From the NCBI RefSeq assembly GCF_009914755.1, contig NC_060929.1: DNA of 64,000 nt. The stretch is one strand, 5' to 3'. Shown here piece after piece: positions 13,023 through 28,524 of this stretch; position 1 is the first letter of the stretch; each line of letters opens with the position of its first letter. The DNA is from the human T2T-CHM13v2.0 reference genome, Homo sapiens. The notes beneath the pieces are model-generated. The model was not told the DNA's origin and ran no database searches. It saw only the letters and a list, made by a program, of their open reading frames with translations. Both the position numbers and the translations under genes were made by a program.

Positions 13023-13725
13023 GCCTTACTCCTAACTAATTCCTGTTAATCATAGGGGTTCATATAAATGAATAGTCACACAGAGCATCTTCTCAGGTAC
13101 CATGATAAGCTTGCCATATTTTCCCTTTCCTTCAGGATCGCCCCCTTCTCAGATGATCTGCTGCTCACCTCAGATACCTACAGAGACTCTGCTGGTGCCT
13201 GTCAAAGGTGCTGTCACCTCCCACTCCCACAAAAAGTGCCGCTGCTCTCTCTCATCTGCTGAAGGTAGCACTGCTGGAAGTCTTGTATGGAAGTGGAAGA
13301 TCTGATGTCTTTGCTGAATGTATTAGCACCTCTGGTTGGCAAGGTTGCTAGTGTTCCACTCTGCTGATGCAGGCACTGGTGGTGGCATTGATGTGATAAA
13401 GACTTCAAAGCACCAATAGGTTCTCTACTGAAGTGGAAAGGATCTTTTTATGTCTTTTGTCTTATATTTCTACCTGGGCTCCAAAGTCATGCTTCCTGGT
13501 GTTGCCAGTGAGCAGGGAGAATTTAGTGAAGAAGCTTTTTGCAGAGATGACTAGCTGTCTGCTAAAATTCCATTATGTAGAATAAGTGCCAAGAAGTAGC
13601 CACACACACATTAAAAAAAAATTCTGAGCCCCTGTACCCCACCTTTGCATTTAGTGGAGTCATAGGACTAGCTCACACCCATGTGAACAGAGCTGATGTG
13701 TCTCATTTCTGGGCCAAGGAGTTTA

Positions 13726-14473
<748 letters not shown>

Positions 14474-14729
14474 TTACCACAATTTTAAAAATTACATTTC
14501 TACTGTGACAAGTTGCTGAATATTTGAGGTCTGTTTGTTATAGCAGCTAACTAATGTTACCTTAACCGATTCTCAGTTGCTTACATTTGTTCTCATTTAG
14601 GGATTCATTTATGGAATCTTGGCACAAGCCACACACAGAGTGCACTAAGAGCAATACTCAAAATTTCCTTTCTTTTTTCATGTTGGCCCTTTGCCCTTGA
14701 TAAGTCTTTTAGTGCCTGCACTGCCTTAA

Positions 14730-15439
<710 letters not shown>

Positions 15440-15715
15440 TGAGCAATTTAAGTTTGAGTTTCTTCCTAGAAAATAATAAAATGCTATAGGAAAAACAGAT
15501 GTAATTTCCAGAGAAAGGGCAGAGGACTTTCTTACATTTTTTTGGGTACTCAGTCCAAAAAGTACTTGGGTGGTTGCTATCCATCAAGCAATGTGCTAGC
15601 CCATTTCACATATATTTTGCTACTATAATAGTTGATACAAAGTTCTGCATAGTTAAACCATAGGACCAGAAGGTTATACTAATAATAAAAATTTGGTTTG
15701 AAAATACTTGGAGAG

Positions 15716-16008
15716 GCCGGGTGTGGTGGCTCACACCTGTAATCCCAGCACTTTGGGAGGCCGAGGCGGGCAGATCACAAGGTCAGGAGATTGAGACCAT
15801 CCTGGCTAACACAGTGAAACCCCATCTCTGCTAAAAATACAAAAATTAGCCAGGCGTGGCTGCGTGTGCCTGTAGTCACAGCTGCTAGGGAGGCTGAGGC
15901 AGGAGAATGGCGTGAACCCAGGAGGCGGAGCTTGCAGTGAGCCGAGATTGCGCCACTGCACTCCAGCCTGGGCGACAGAGTGAGACTCTGTCTCAAAAAA
16001 AAAAAAAA
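15716..16008 (+). mobile_element. AluY
   Basis: gagaatggcgtgaacc, ggagcttgcagtg; TSD gaaaatacttggaga. Confidence 0.92.
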
Positions 16009-16382
16009 GAAAATACTTGGAGATCTGTGATGCAATATTAACTGTTATTTTATATTACAATACTATATTGTGCATGTATCTCTAAATTATAAGTATTACT
16101 TTATACAGTGTTGTTTGCCCTTTAGAATTTTTACTAATAAGAAAAAAAACAAATACATAAAACCAGATCAAATAAAGGTTATTCATATTCTAGAAATGCA
16201 CCAAAAGAGAAATGACATTTAAAAATGAGATTTTGCATTCCTCCTCATGTCATTTTTATTCATCAGGATACAAAGATAAAGAATCTTAACACTTGTGTAA
16301 AACAAGCTCGATCATGTCCGTTTAACAATTAAATAGATTTTGTTAATATAAAAAAAGAAAACATTTTTTAAAGTTATGGGTT

Positions 16383-16501
16383 GAGTGGGGTGCAGTGGCT
16401 CCACCTGTAATTCCAGCACTTTGGGAAGCCAGGGTGGACAGATAGCTTGAGCCAAGGAGTTTGAGACCAGCCTGGGCAACACGGTGAAACCCCATCTCTA
16501 C

Positions 16502-16534
<33 letters not shown>

Positions 16535-16703
16535 AAGTAACCGGGCCTTGTGATGCATGCCTGTAGTCCCTGTTACTTGGGTAGCTGAGGCAGGAGGATC
16601 CCTTGAGCCTGTGAGGTTGAGGCTGTAGTGAGCCGTGATGGCATCACTGCACTCCAGCCTGGGTGACAGAGTGAGACCTGTCTCAAAAATAAATAAATAA
16701 ATA
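16383..16703 (+). mobile_element. AluJ
   Basis: Diverged dimer with a long middle A-run; TSD taaagttatgggttga. Confidence 0.9.
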
Positions 16704-16796
16704 AAGTTATGGGTTGATAGAGTTTTATATTTAAAAAGCATTTTGCATAGGTAATTATTCAACTTACATAAATCATTATTTTTGCAAGATGAATGT

Positions 16797-17150
16797 GTAT
16801 GTGTTTTAGTCCATTCAGGCTGCTATAACCAAATATAAACTGAATGGCTTATAAACAACAGAAATTTTTTACTCCTAGTTCTGGAGGCTGGGAAGTCCAA
16901 GGCACTGCTGGATTCAGTGTCTTGTAAGGGCTTTCTGGTTCACAGATTGTGCCTTTCAGCTGTGTCTTCACATGGTGAAAAGAGCAGCCAAGCTCCCTCA
17001 GGTCTTTTTGATAGGGCACTAATCCCATTCTTGAGGGCTCCATCCTTATGACCTTATCACCTTCCAAAGACCCCAACCTGCTAATACCATCACCTTGGGT
17101 GTTAAGATTTCAAAATATGTATTTTGGGGAGACATTCAGACCACAGCAGT
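16797..17150 (-). mobile_element. MaLR LTR (MLT1A/MSTC-like)
   Basis: ttagtccattcaggctgctataac...gacattcagaccacagca. Confidence 0.85.
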
Positions 17151-20100
17151 ATATATTCAAAGACTATTCTAATAAAAATTCAAAGGTTATTGCTTTATTT
17201 CTTGTTACATTGAACATTTATAAAATTTACGTATATACCCTGAATCCGAAGAAAAACATGCCAGTAACATATTTGATAAAGGCAAAATTTAAATTCAAGG
17301 GTGCATGATAGCCCTGTCTAGACTAAAATTCAAATAATTGAAATCACCATTGAAGATGTTGATAAAAAAAGTACAATATCAAAGCATTAATTTTACCGTA
17401 AGAATAAAAAAGAGGATGATGTTGATTTGCTGAATTTCTAAGAATCAGCGGTCACATAGATTATCTGAACATCTTTTTAAAAAAGCTTGAAAAGTGAACA
17501 ACTATTCTTTTATGTCTGGTGAATATGTAATATATATTTATGTAATATGTGTTATGTGATAATGATAATATGAATATTTAATAGAACTTATTTAAAGTTA
17601 TACATCATCCTATCTTAATAAAATTTTGGAAAATTTATTTGGGTGAGTTTTTTGTCTTTTGTTTTTTTGAGGCAAAAATGATTTGAAGAAAACTTAGTAG
17701 CAGAAATGCTACCAAACTTTATCATTCATGATTCACTTTTTAAGGAAAGAAAAATGTAATTGTTTTAGTATTGCAAATTAAATATATTTCACCTTTCTAA
17801 TAATCAAATCCTAATCACAAATGACTGTGAAAATTATAAGTTTTCTCTTGTATATTTTGCTGATAAAATAAGAGAAAAGTAAAATAAGACTCATTTTTAA
17901 ACTAGAGGCTTTAATTTATTATTATTGGTATATATTTTTCCCCATCCTCCTCAATTCCCTTATCTCTGCCTGCAAAGTTCCAAACTTCTTTTAAGGTTAT
18001 CCCAAATGCCACTCCCACTAAGAGGTCTATTTTTGGGTTTTGTTTGTTTGTTTGCTTTTATGTTATTTTTCGTGATCTCTTCCCCTCTAAAGCATATTGC
18101 ATGCTTACCTCGTGTTATATTCTGCCTTTAATTACTGGATACTCTAGGGCAGGGATTGTCCCGTCCTCATTCTTGTGTCACTGATGGCACAAAGTACAGA
18201 CCTTAAGTTCGGTGAGCCCTAAGTAAACATTTGCTGAATTAAAATGCTAAAGACTTATGATTTCCCCTTCCTCTATAAAATAATTTGTGTTTGCTGTTGA
18301 TCCAAACCTCTCTCCTCATTTTATGTAGATCCACAGATTCTTCAAGAACAAAAGTCAGCCTGTGGCATGACAGTAATGCCGGGTCAGTGTGTCGACTCTG
18401 CTCTGGTAGCTTCCAGAGAGCTGAAGAAAGTTTGTCCCAGCCACACCAGGTGGCAGTGTGAACCATGTCTGCATGGCCACCAAAGCTGGAGTATGAGCAA
18501 AACAATGCAGACATTCTACCAAAAAAGGCATTTAAAAACAGTTTAACACAAAAGGGATAAATAAAGTCAATTTTCTATATTTTAGTGGGAGATTCAAAGA
18601 CTCACATGATTTATACAACTGCTGTTGACACAGAAAAGTGAAGAAAATAAGTTTTATTATTTGCACTGTCAACAGGTACAGACAGAAATAGGTATGTATC
18701 CTAGCAGACAACAGTAAATCTTGGCATTTATATAAAGGAATGGAAGTGATCATATTGAAAGTTAATATTATTATGCTATTTTGTAAATATGAGAATAGCT
18801 ATAAAAGCCACAATTATTCCTTGAAACTCAAGTGATCAGACTGTTTCACTTATTAAAAGGTCAAGAGATTAATCTAATTTTAAGATATAACTGATTTTGG
18901 CATTATGGTTGAATTTTGGTACAGGTAAATGATTTGTGCAAAATGTTTTTCATGTATATGAGTACCTTTATTGTCTTAAAGTTGGGATTCCAGGTTAGGT
19001 CCTACTGAATTTGGGATATGGAGAAATAAGAAACAACTGCATTATTCTGGTATCAGTAACATATTCCTCCATGAAGTGGCACACTCTGCAGTGCTTGATA
19101 GGTATCAGCACTTCCACCTTTCAGTTGATCTTCTGAGTATTTTTTGCAACTATAAGATAGGGGAAGCACTAACAGAGAGAAATCTCTCCTTTAAGGGCTT
19201 ATTGTGGACACTTGTTATTGTGGATATTCTTGATTGCCCAGCACCCCTTGAATGCTCTTTTAATGCTTGGAAAATTTCCTATCGTAGGAGTCCCACTTCC
19301 CCAGGTTGCAGCAGGAATCTCTCTTTCCCAGCTTCCCTTGGGGTCATAGGTGTGTATCCTGGATTCTACCAATCCGATGCACTTGCATGTGGGTTTCATT
19401 CAGAAGTGAACAAAAGGAGAAAGGAGGCATGTAGAATTTGTCCTTCGGCAAGGTTGGCAACAAAGATGTTGGGGCTCTTCAGAATCATCGGTGCCGGAGT
19501 TTCTGGCATCCGATCCTGAGAATTCCCACGTGAGCTGAGCAGCATTTGTGCAAGTCATGGTACGGATGCTGACCATGCAGCAGGGGTGTTTTGGTTGTAG
19601 TGGCTCCTGCAGAGTAATTGGACATTGTTCCTGACTGCCCAGCATCCAAGCCTTGTTCTCAAGCTCTCTCAGAGCGTCTGTGAGCTACCTGCCAGCCTTT
19701 AATTCCTTTTTCATTTAAGCCACTTAAAACCCTGACTGAAACAGGAAGAAGAGGATATACTCTTTTTTTCTAGACACAGCTTTTGGGATAACTTGTAAGA
19801 TTTTTGTTTGTTATAAAGCTAGGGAAATTTTCATATGGAATTCCTGGCCTCAAGAAAGGAAGAAAGAATGAATACAATATAATGGCTATAATCTGGAATT
19901 GATTAAAGATCCAGTAAATGTGTTAAAGCAATCTCAGCTGAGTAAAGGTAAAGTCATTTCGATATTTATAAGTAGATGCTTTCTATAAAAAAGGGAGAAA
20001 TAATTTTAATGTTTAAAACTAGAGCAATACTAAGAAACACCTAAATTTGATATCAAAGAATAATTTAGCAAAGTAACACTTTAAAAACAAGCAGAGTAGA

Positions 20101-20629
20101 AGACTATTGCTTTTGTCTAGCTAGTACACTATTTCCCTTCTATTTTTGGAATCCTTCTTTATCATGGGGAACCCTTAGCATGGGACTAGCACCAGGTTCT
20201 TCCACTCTGTTTCCCCATTGCCCCAAGGAAGGCAGGTGACCCAGCCCTGGGCAATCAGAATACTCCCCTTCCTGTCCCGCGTTCACATATGGGCACGTGA
20301 TCCAAGCAGGGCACATCAGAGTCTTTGCTGGGATTTGATATGTGGACTCTGAGAGATTCTCTAGTCCACAGGGATTGCAAGCTCTAAGGACAATGTAACT
20401 ATTCTCCCTAGCTATTTGGAAGAAGTTGCTTATTGTAGGAGGAAAGGAGGCAACAAACAAAGAGAATGGGCACAGAGGAGAGATGGAGGGCCTAAGACCC
20501 TTAATAACATTTTTTGAGCCTCTAGTCCAGCTGTGCCTGGGCGATTTCAATTAAGCTTATTTGACTGGGTTTCTGACACTTGGTAATCCAGAGTCCTGGT
20601 TATATGATGAAATCTGTTATTCTCTATTT

Positions 20630-20780
20630 CTTTTTAATTTCTTTTTTATCTTTTCTTTTTTTGTAGAGATGGGCTCTTACTATGTTGACTAGGATGGTTT
20701 TGAACTCCTGGCCTCAAGCGATTCTCCCACCTTGACCTCCCAAAGTGCTGAGATCACAGGTGTGAGCCACCGCACCTGGA
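20630..20780 (-). mobile_element. Alu monomer (FLAM)
   Basis: T-rich tail followed by left-arm Alu reverse complement. Confidence 0.8.
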
Positions 20781-21736
20781 CTTATTCTTTATTTTTTTAT
20801 TTGCTCTTTTCTTACCATTATGCATAGTGGGAACAAAACTAAAGAGAAAAAATGCTTCTAGCAGTTTTTTTTCTGATTATAAAAGTAATAAATGCCTTTT
20901 ATAGAGAAACTGAAAGACATTAAGAAGTGCATGGGCATAAACACTCAGAGAAAAGCTAAACAAGTCAACCCATAAGCCCACTGCCCAGAGAAAAAGCACT
21001 TTTATTTATGTCATCCCACGTATCTATGTATATGAGCCACTGGGAGCATACTGTACTTTTGTAATCTGCTCTTTTCATTTAATAATACATTGTGAACATT
21101 TTCTTGCATCATTAACTTTTTTCTCCTGCAAAATTAAATTGCAAAATCATTCTGTAGAGCCATGGTAAAAACTGTCACCTGACAAGCACCAGGATAGTGA
21201 GTGTGGGGTAGACAAGTTTTCCAGCACGATGTGAGAATAGACTTATTAAATCTGTCTCCCATCACCCATCAGTCTTGTCCTAAAAACTCTCACTCATTAA
21301 ACACATTTTAGGGCTTCAGAGAGTAGAGCAGACATGTTGTTGAGCCTCCCACTGACCTGACTACAGGGCATTAAACAGACAAGATGGCCTCCTGTGGCAG
21401 AATGGAGATGATGGAATGGGGTTTGGGGAGAGAGAGGAGCCTGTGGAAAGACAGTTTAAGTGCTAGTGGGCCTACTAGTGGGGCTTCTGTGTTGCCTTAA
21501 TGAGAAGACAATAAGCCTTCCATGTAATGTTCCAGTACTAGCTCAGAAGGCATAGAGGCTGCACTGACTAAGGAGGATTTGATTGCATTTCCTACTTAGG
21601 ACCTATCCAAGGTAAGGCTGGATGCCCCATTCACTGGTGTCGGTAAGTACCAGAGAAGCTATCAAAAATAAATTTAAGGAATATAAATGTGTATGTGTGT
21701 GCATGCATAGTGTTTGTGTGTATGTGTATGTTTATA

Positions 21737-22087
21737 CAGTCATGTGTGACTTAATGATTGGGATGCATCCTGTGAAATGTGTCATTAGGTGATTTTGTTG
21801 TTGCGTGATCATCATACAGTGTACTAGATAGTACTAGACTATACTACATAGTATAGTCTAGTATAGTCTACACACCTAGGTTATATGGTAAACCATTGCT
21901 CCTAGGCCACAAACACATGTACAGCACATGATTGTGCTGAGTACTGCAGACAATTGTAACATAATGGTAAAACATATCTGAACATAGAAAAAGTACAGTA
22001 AAAATATGGTATTACAATCTTACAGGACAACTATCATATATGCTGTCCATCATTGGCCAATATAGTATAATACAGTGCATGACTGTA
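21737..22087. mobile_element. Tigger3a/MER7A MITE
   Basis: Terminal inverted repeats cagtcatg...catgactg with TA flanks; internal cctaggttatatggta...gctcctagg. Confidence 0.85.
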
Positions 22088-23062
22088 TGTATATGTATGA
22101 GTGTGTATATCTATATATGAGATTCTTGCAGGTATAGAAGGTATAGACTGATGATAACCTCCTCACACTAGATCTTGTTAGTACTAAGTTGGATGCTCTA
22201 GGGTAGCTCTGGTTTGCTACAATGGTAGACCATAATTTCAGGGCTTGTTATTAGTAGGGGTTGCACAGCAGAGATGCAGATGCTCTGATCTATTCAAGCA
22301 CTCCCCAAGTCACTGAAAACATAAGCGCAGAGGCTTTGGAAAAAGGGTTATATTCCCTGAAGGGCAGGATATAGTTCATAGACCTTGATTCTCCCAGTGG
22401 CTATGGTGAGTAGAGTCATTAATCCAGAGGAGGATAGAGGATTGGTTTGATTTAGACTTCATGGGAAGATTTCCCTTGCCATTGTGGGAAGGGGAAAAAA
22501 AATTTTTCCCTGCGGGAATGGTGCAAAGTTTCTCCAAAGATATGTGAGTTCTGATCAAGAATTGGAAAAATTTCACTCAAATTCAACAAATATTTATCGA
22601 GTAGCTGTTATGAGCCAAGTACTGTCTTGGTGACAGGAATTTCAGCTGCGAATAAAACTAAGTCCCTGCTCTTACGCAGTTTACATTTTAGTTAGTGGAG
22701 ACAGACAATACACTAACCATCACATAAACATTTTATTTGTGGCTAGTGGAAAGTGATACAAAGGATAAAGCAAAGAAAGGGGATGGTGATGGAGGCAGAC
22801 TGCTATTTTCTATGGGGTGATAAGGTGGTGCCTGAGCATAAACCTGAAGGAAGTGAGAGAGCACATCACATGGGCCCCGTGAAGGGAAGAGCATTCCAGG
22901 CAGAAGACTCTGCAGATGCAAAGGCTCTGAGGTTAAAGAGTCTTGGAATGTTTGAAAAACAGCAAGAAAGTGAATGTGGCTTAAGTAGATTGGGCAAGAG
23001 GGGATTAGCAGAAGATGAATTCACAAAGGTAACAGGAGCAACAGATCATTCAGGTCCTTTTA

Positions 23063-23470
<408 letters not shown>

Positions 23471-24539
23471 TTATTTTGATTGCTTTGTTAAGAATAAATA
23501 GTGGGTGAAAAACAATGAAGCAGGGAGACCAGTTAGGAGGTGAAAATGCAGTAGTAATCCAGGTGAGAGTTTATGGTAGCTCAGACCAGGATGTGGTGGT
23601 GAGGACGATTGAATGATGGGTGTATTTTGAAGGTAGAGTCTAGATTATTAACCGATAGGATGCGAGGTACCCGGGAAAAAGAGGAGCTAAAGATAATATG
23701 GCAGATACTTCTAGATGCGTCTTCTTTTTTCCCCTTACTGGTAGAATCCTGAATTTGTTGGGGGTGGCAAGTTAAAAATTACATCTCCCAACTGAATATG
23801 GAAGCCATGTTGTAACCATGAGGAGAAAGCCAAAATAATTACACAGTCTTTAGTCTTAATGTTCTTGAGCCACTAAAAAAGATTCCAGGAACTGTCTACT
23901 TACAGACTGCTTGAGAAAAGCAATATGATTGTTCAAGTGATTTGGGTTTTCTGATCTCAACTGAAATCAATTCCTACCTGAGATAACATCAAGGTTTCTG
24001 GCTTGAGAAGCTGGTATAATGGAATCATCCTTTCCTAATATGGGGAAAACTGGGAGAGAGGTGAGTTTGGGTGGGAACTTAAAGTTCTGATTGTAGACAT
24101 GTTAGCTTGTGCGGATGTCCATTAGGCAGTTGACTCTACAGTCTGGTGTTCAGGGGCTGGAGAGAAACATGAAAGTAAACAGTGTCCACATGGAATAGAA
24201 AGCCATGGGGTGGGAGGGGATCTTCCAGTGAATTAATAAAGAGAAAATAGGTCCCATGGTTGAGCCCAGGAACACTCCCAAGTTTAGAAGTTGAGAAATT
24301 TTTAAAAGAGTAGAAAAGGAAACTGGAAAAGAGTGGCTATAGAAGTAGGAGAAGAGCCGAGAGAGAGATTCAGGCGGCCAAAGAAAGAAAGTGATCAGTT
24401 GTGACTTTGAAGTTGAGAAAAAGCCATAGAGTTGGCTACGTGGAGGGCACTGTGACCTTGACAAGAGCAATTTTAGTGTACTGATGAAAAAGAGCCCTCA
24501 CTGGTGTGGGTCAAGAGAGAAAAGGAGGTGAGAAATTAG

Positions 24540-24828
<289 letters not shown>

Positions 24829-24840
24829 GATGAGTATTTC

Positions 24841-25134
24841 TTTTTTTGTTTGTTTGTTTTTGAGATGGAGTCTCGCTCTGTTGCCCAGGCTGGAGTGCAG
24901 TGGTGCGATCTCGTCTCCTTCCGCCTCCCGGGTTCAAGTGATTCTCCTGCCTCAGTCTCCCAAGTAGCTGGGACTACAGGTACATGCCACCATGCCCAGC
25001 TAATTTTGGTATTTTTAGTAGAGCCAGAGTTTCACCATGTTGGCCAGGATGGTCTAGATCTCTTGAACTCATGATCCGCCTGCCTTGGCCTCCCAAAGTG
25101 CTGGGATTACAAGCGTGAGCCACCGTGCTGGGCC
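24841..25134 (-). mobile_element. AluS (Sc/Sg-like)
   Basis: Dimer with a small internal deletion; flank ggagtgtttct resembles ggagtatttct. Confidence 0.9.
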
Positions 25135-26192
25135 CAGGAGTGTTTCTATGAAGGGGAACCGGGAAATGCAATGGGATCTGAAGTCAAGGGAAGGTGTTTT
25201 TCTTAATGATGGAAGATATTGAAGTGTGTTTATATGCAATTGGAGATATTTAGAAGAGGTGAAAAGTCTGATGTTGAAGGATAGAGGACAATTGCTGGAG
25301 TGATGTCTTTGGCAGGTCCACAAGCAAAGGGGTGGGCATTAAGTAGGTGCACAATCAGTTGCGTGTAGCAAGTGTATGAAGGCAGAGATGCAGGTAGAGA
25401 TTTCATGTTGGGTGTGTGCTTAGAAGTTCTCCTCTGATCTCTTCTATTTTCTTAAGCAAAAAGTAGGAAACTTTCGTTCAAAGTGAAGAAGTAGAAAGAG
25501 ATTTGAGTTTTGGATATCCAAAAAGAGATGACGTTGTTGAGAAAAGCAGGGCAGAGCGTTAAATGTAGCAACGTCGGCAGCAGTGGGGACCTCCCAGGGT
25601 TGGTGATCGTGCATTTAGAATGTGTCCTTTCAGCCTGGTTGTGTGGTTTTCTTCAACCACATTCAGCTGATCAGCTTCAGGTGGAGTAGGTAGAGTGATT
25701 TAATCTGGGAAGTGGTCTATCCAATTGAAGTGCAGAGCAAGGACGGTGAGGGATGCAAAGGAGTGATTTACAGACCATGAAATTTAAGTGGGATAAGGGA
25801 TAAAAGGAGGTAGGTCAGGGAGAGTGAAAAGCTGGAGAGCTCACTGGGGACAAAGAGTTGTTGCACTGGTAATGTAAGGAGTGAGTAGGAAAGAAGGAAG
25901 GTGGTGGTCAGAGAGTGGAATCATGGAAATTGAAACAAAAAACCTTTCTGTAAAAAGATATTGGCTATTCATCCCTTTTCAATAATATTCTTTCTTTAAA
26001 TAAGCTTCTTAAGGCATAATCTATGGTAAAATTCTCATATTTGAAGTATATAGGTTATGACTTTTGACAAAACTATACGCCAATGTCATTGCCGTAAAAA
26101 TTAAGATATAGAAGAGTGCCCTCTCTCCAAAATTCACTTTTGCCACATTGCAGTCTCCCTCACCCCACACATCACTGAAACACTGTTTTTCT

Positions 26193-26500
26193 GTTTTTTT
26201 TTTTTTTTTTTTTTTTTTTTGAGACGGAGTTTTGCTCTGTCGTCCAGGATGGAGTGCAGTGGCGTGATCTCCACTCACTGCAACCTCTGCCTCCCAGGTT
26301 CATGGGATCCTTCTTCCTCAGCCTCCTAAGTAGCTGGGACTACAGGGGTATGCCACCACACCTGGTTAATTTTTGTATTTTTGCAGAGACAGGGTTTCGC
26401 CATGTTGGCCAGGCTGGTCTCAAACTCCCGACCTAGGGTGATCTGCCCGCCTCGGCCTCCCAAAGTGCTGGGATTATAGGTGTGAGCCACTGTGCCTGGC
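26193..26500 (-). mobile_element. AluS inside an old L1M fragment (~25990-26940)
   Basis: Poly-T plus dimer; TSD aacactg(t/g)ttt. Confidence 0.9.
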
Positions 26501-28120
26501 CAACACTGGTTTAGAAAAAAAAAATCACCATAGATGTGTTTTAACTATTCTAGAATTTCACATAAGTGGAATCATACAGTATGCACTTTTTTAATGCCAG
26601 GCCACTTTTGCCCAGAAAAATGTCTGTGAAATTTATCCATGTTTATTTTGTGTATCTGTACTTTGTTCCTTCTTATTGCTGAGTGGTATTCCATTGTATA
26701 AATGATACAACTTCAGTATCCATTTGCCTGTGGATAGACATTTGGGCTGTTTCCACTTTGGGCTGTTATAATATTAATATTAATGTTCATATAAAAGTCT
26801 TTTTATGAGCATATGTTTTCATTCTCTTAGGTAGAGACCTAAGACTATAATTGCTGCTGTGTATTATCTGTTTTTGCATATTTTTGGATTTGACTCGCTA
26901 ACATTTTGTTTAGGATTTTCAGGTCTATATTCATAGAACTGAGAAGTCACCACAACAATTAGTCGAAGAGGGAAACATTTAGTCCTTTGTTCGGAGATGG
27001 AGGCAAAACTAACCCTTTGGCTCTTCCTTTACTTGTGTTGGAGTCATCATAGCAACAGTCTCTTGATCCTATAAATAATGGTAAACTGAACCAGAATGCA
27101 TGTAAACCAGATGAATTCATCTGCCACAAAACAAAAGGCATAAAAATGCATGATAGGGTCATGGCAATGAGGGATCATCAGAATTTCAGAAGCCACAACA
27201 GCCCATCCTTGTAACTAGGTAACTTTGTCCTATACTCTTTCCAATCTCTGTTTTTTGGGGGTCTCTTTAGGTATGTTCTTAGACAACCAGTCCTTAAGTT
27301 TATCACCTTCTGATGGAAACATAGTCAGAGAATCCCCACGGGGACACTGTGTTTTAGGGGAACTGATGGTATAATTTTAAATGTTGTTATGTGGCAGATC
27401 GTTTTCAGCTGTGTTGCAGCACTGTGACTTCTAAACCACCACACCTAAAGGTATGTCCAGAGAGAAGCACAGGTGTCCTGGATCCTTGGCGTTATAGCTA
27501 TTGACACTTGGATGAAATATCCTCTTCCTTAAGTGTGAAGTGTCTCTGGAGTATCACAGCTTTGAAGACTGTCAAGTTCCCAAAAAATAAAAATTACTTA
27601 TTTCATAGTAAATAATTCAATTTGCAGGTTAAGATTTACAACGAATTTACTAGAACTACACTTTCCTACATACTCCGTAAATACCCCACAGAACCTCTGG
27701 CAGGTATTGAAGCAATCAGTAGATTTTTAAGAAAGAAATATTCCAAAATGTCTCATCACAAAATTAGAAATTATGTAAAGATAATTGAAGTAAAAGAAAA
27801 ATAACACATTGTTCTCTTGACTCATTTCGGTTCTTCCCTGACAATGAATTTTCATGAGCTGCTTGGACTGTTAAGGTAAATTGATATTTTAAAGTCTGTG
27901 ATTATGTGTGACAGGAGTACAATATTTGTAAGCTTTTATTTGTATATTTATATTTATACCAAATATCTATGAGCAATTGTGAGTAAAATACCTTCTGTCT
28001 TTAAATTGCTCACTTAGTAGCATACTTGCCAAACATCATGTAAATGAATACTTCTTATATGTGAAACACAAGGGCTTTATAACTTGCTTTTAGAATATAT
28101 AGTTAAGAAATGGAAGGGTG

Positions 28121-28524
<404 letters not shown>

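Noticed and set aside
19076-20550. ORFs of 147, 81 and 136 aa
   Set aside because: Lie in old LTR-like sequence, non-ATG starts, no recognisable homology.
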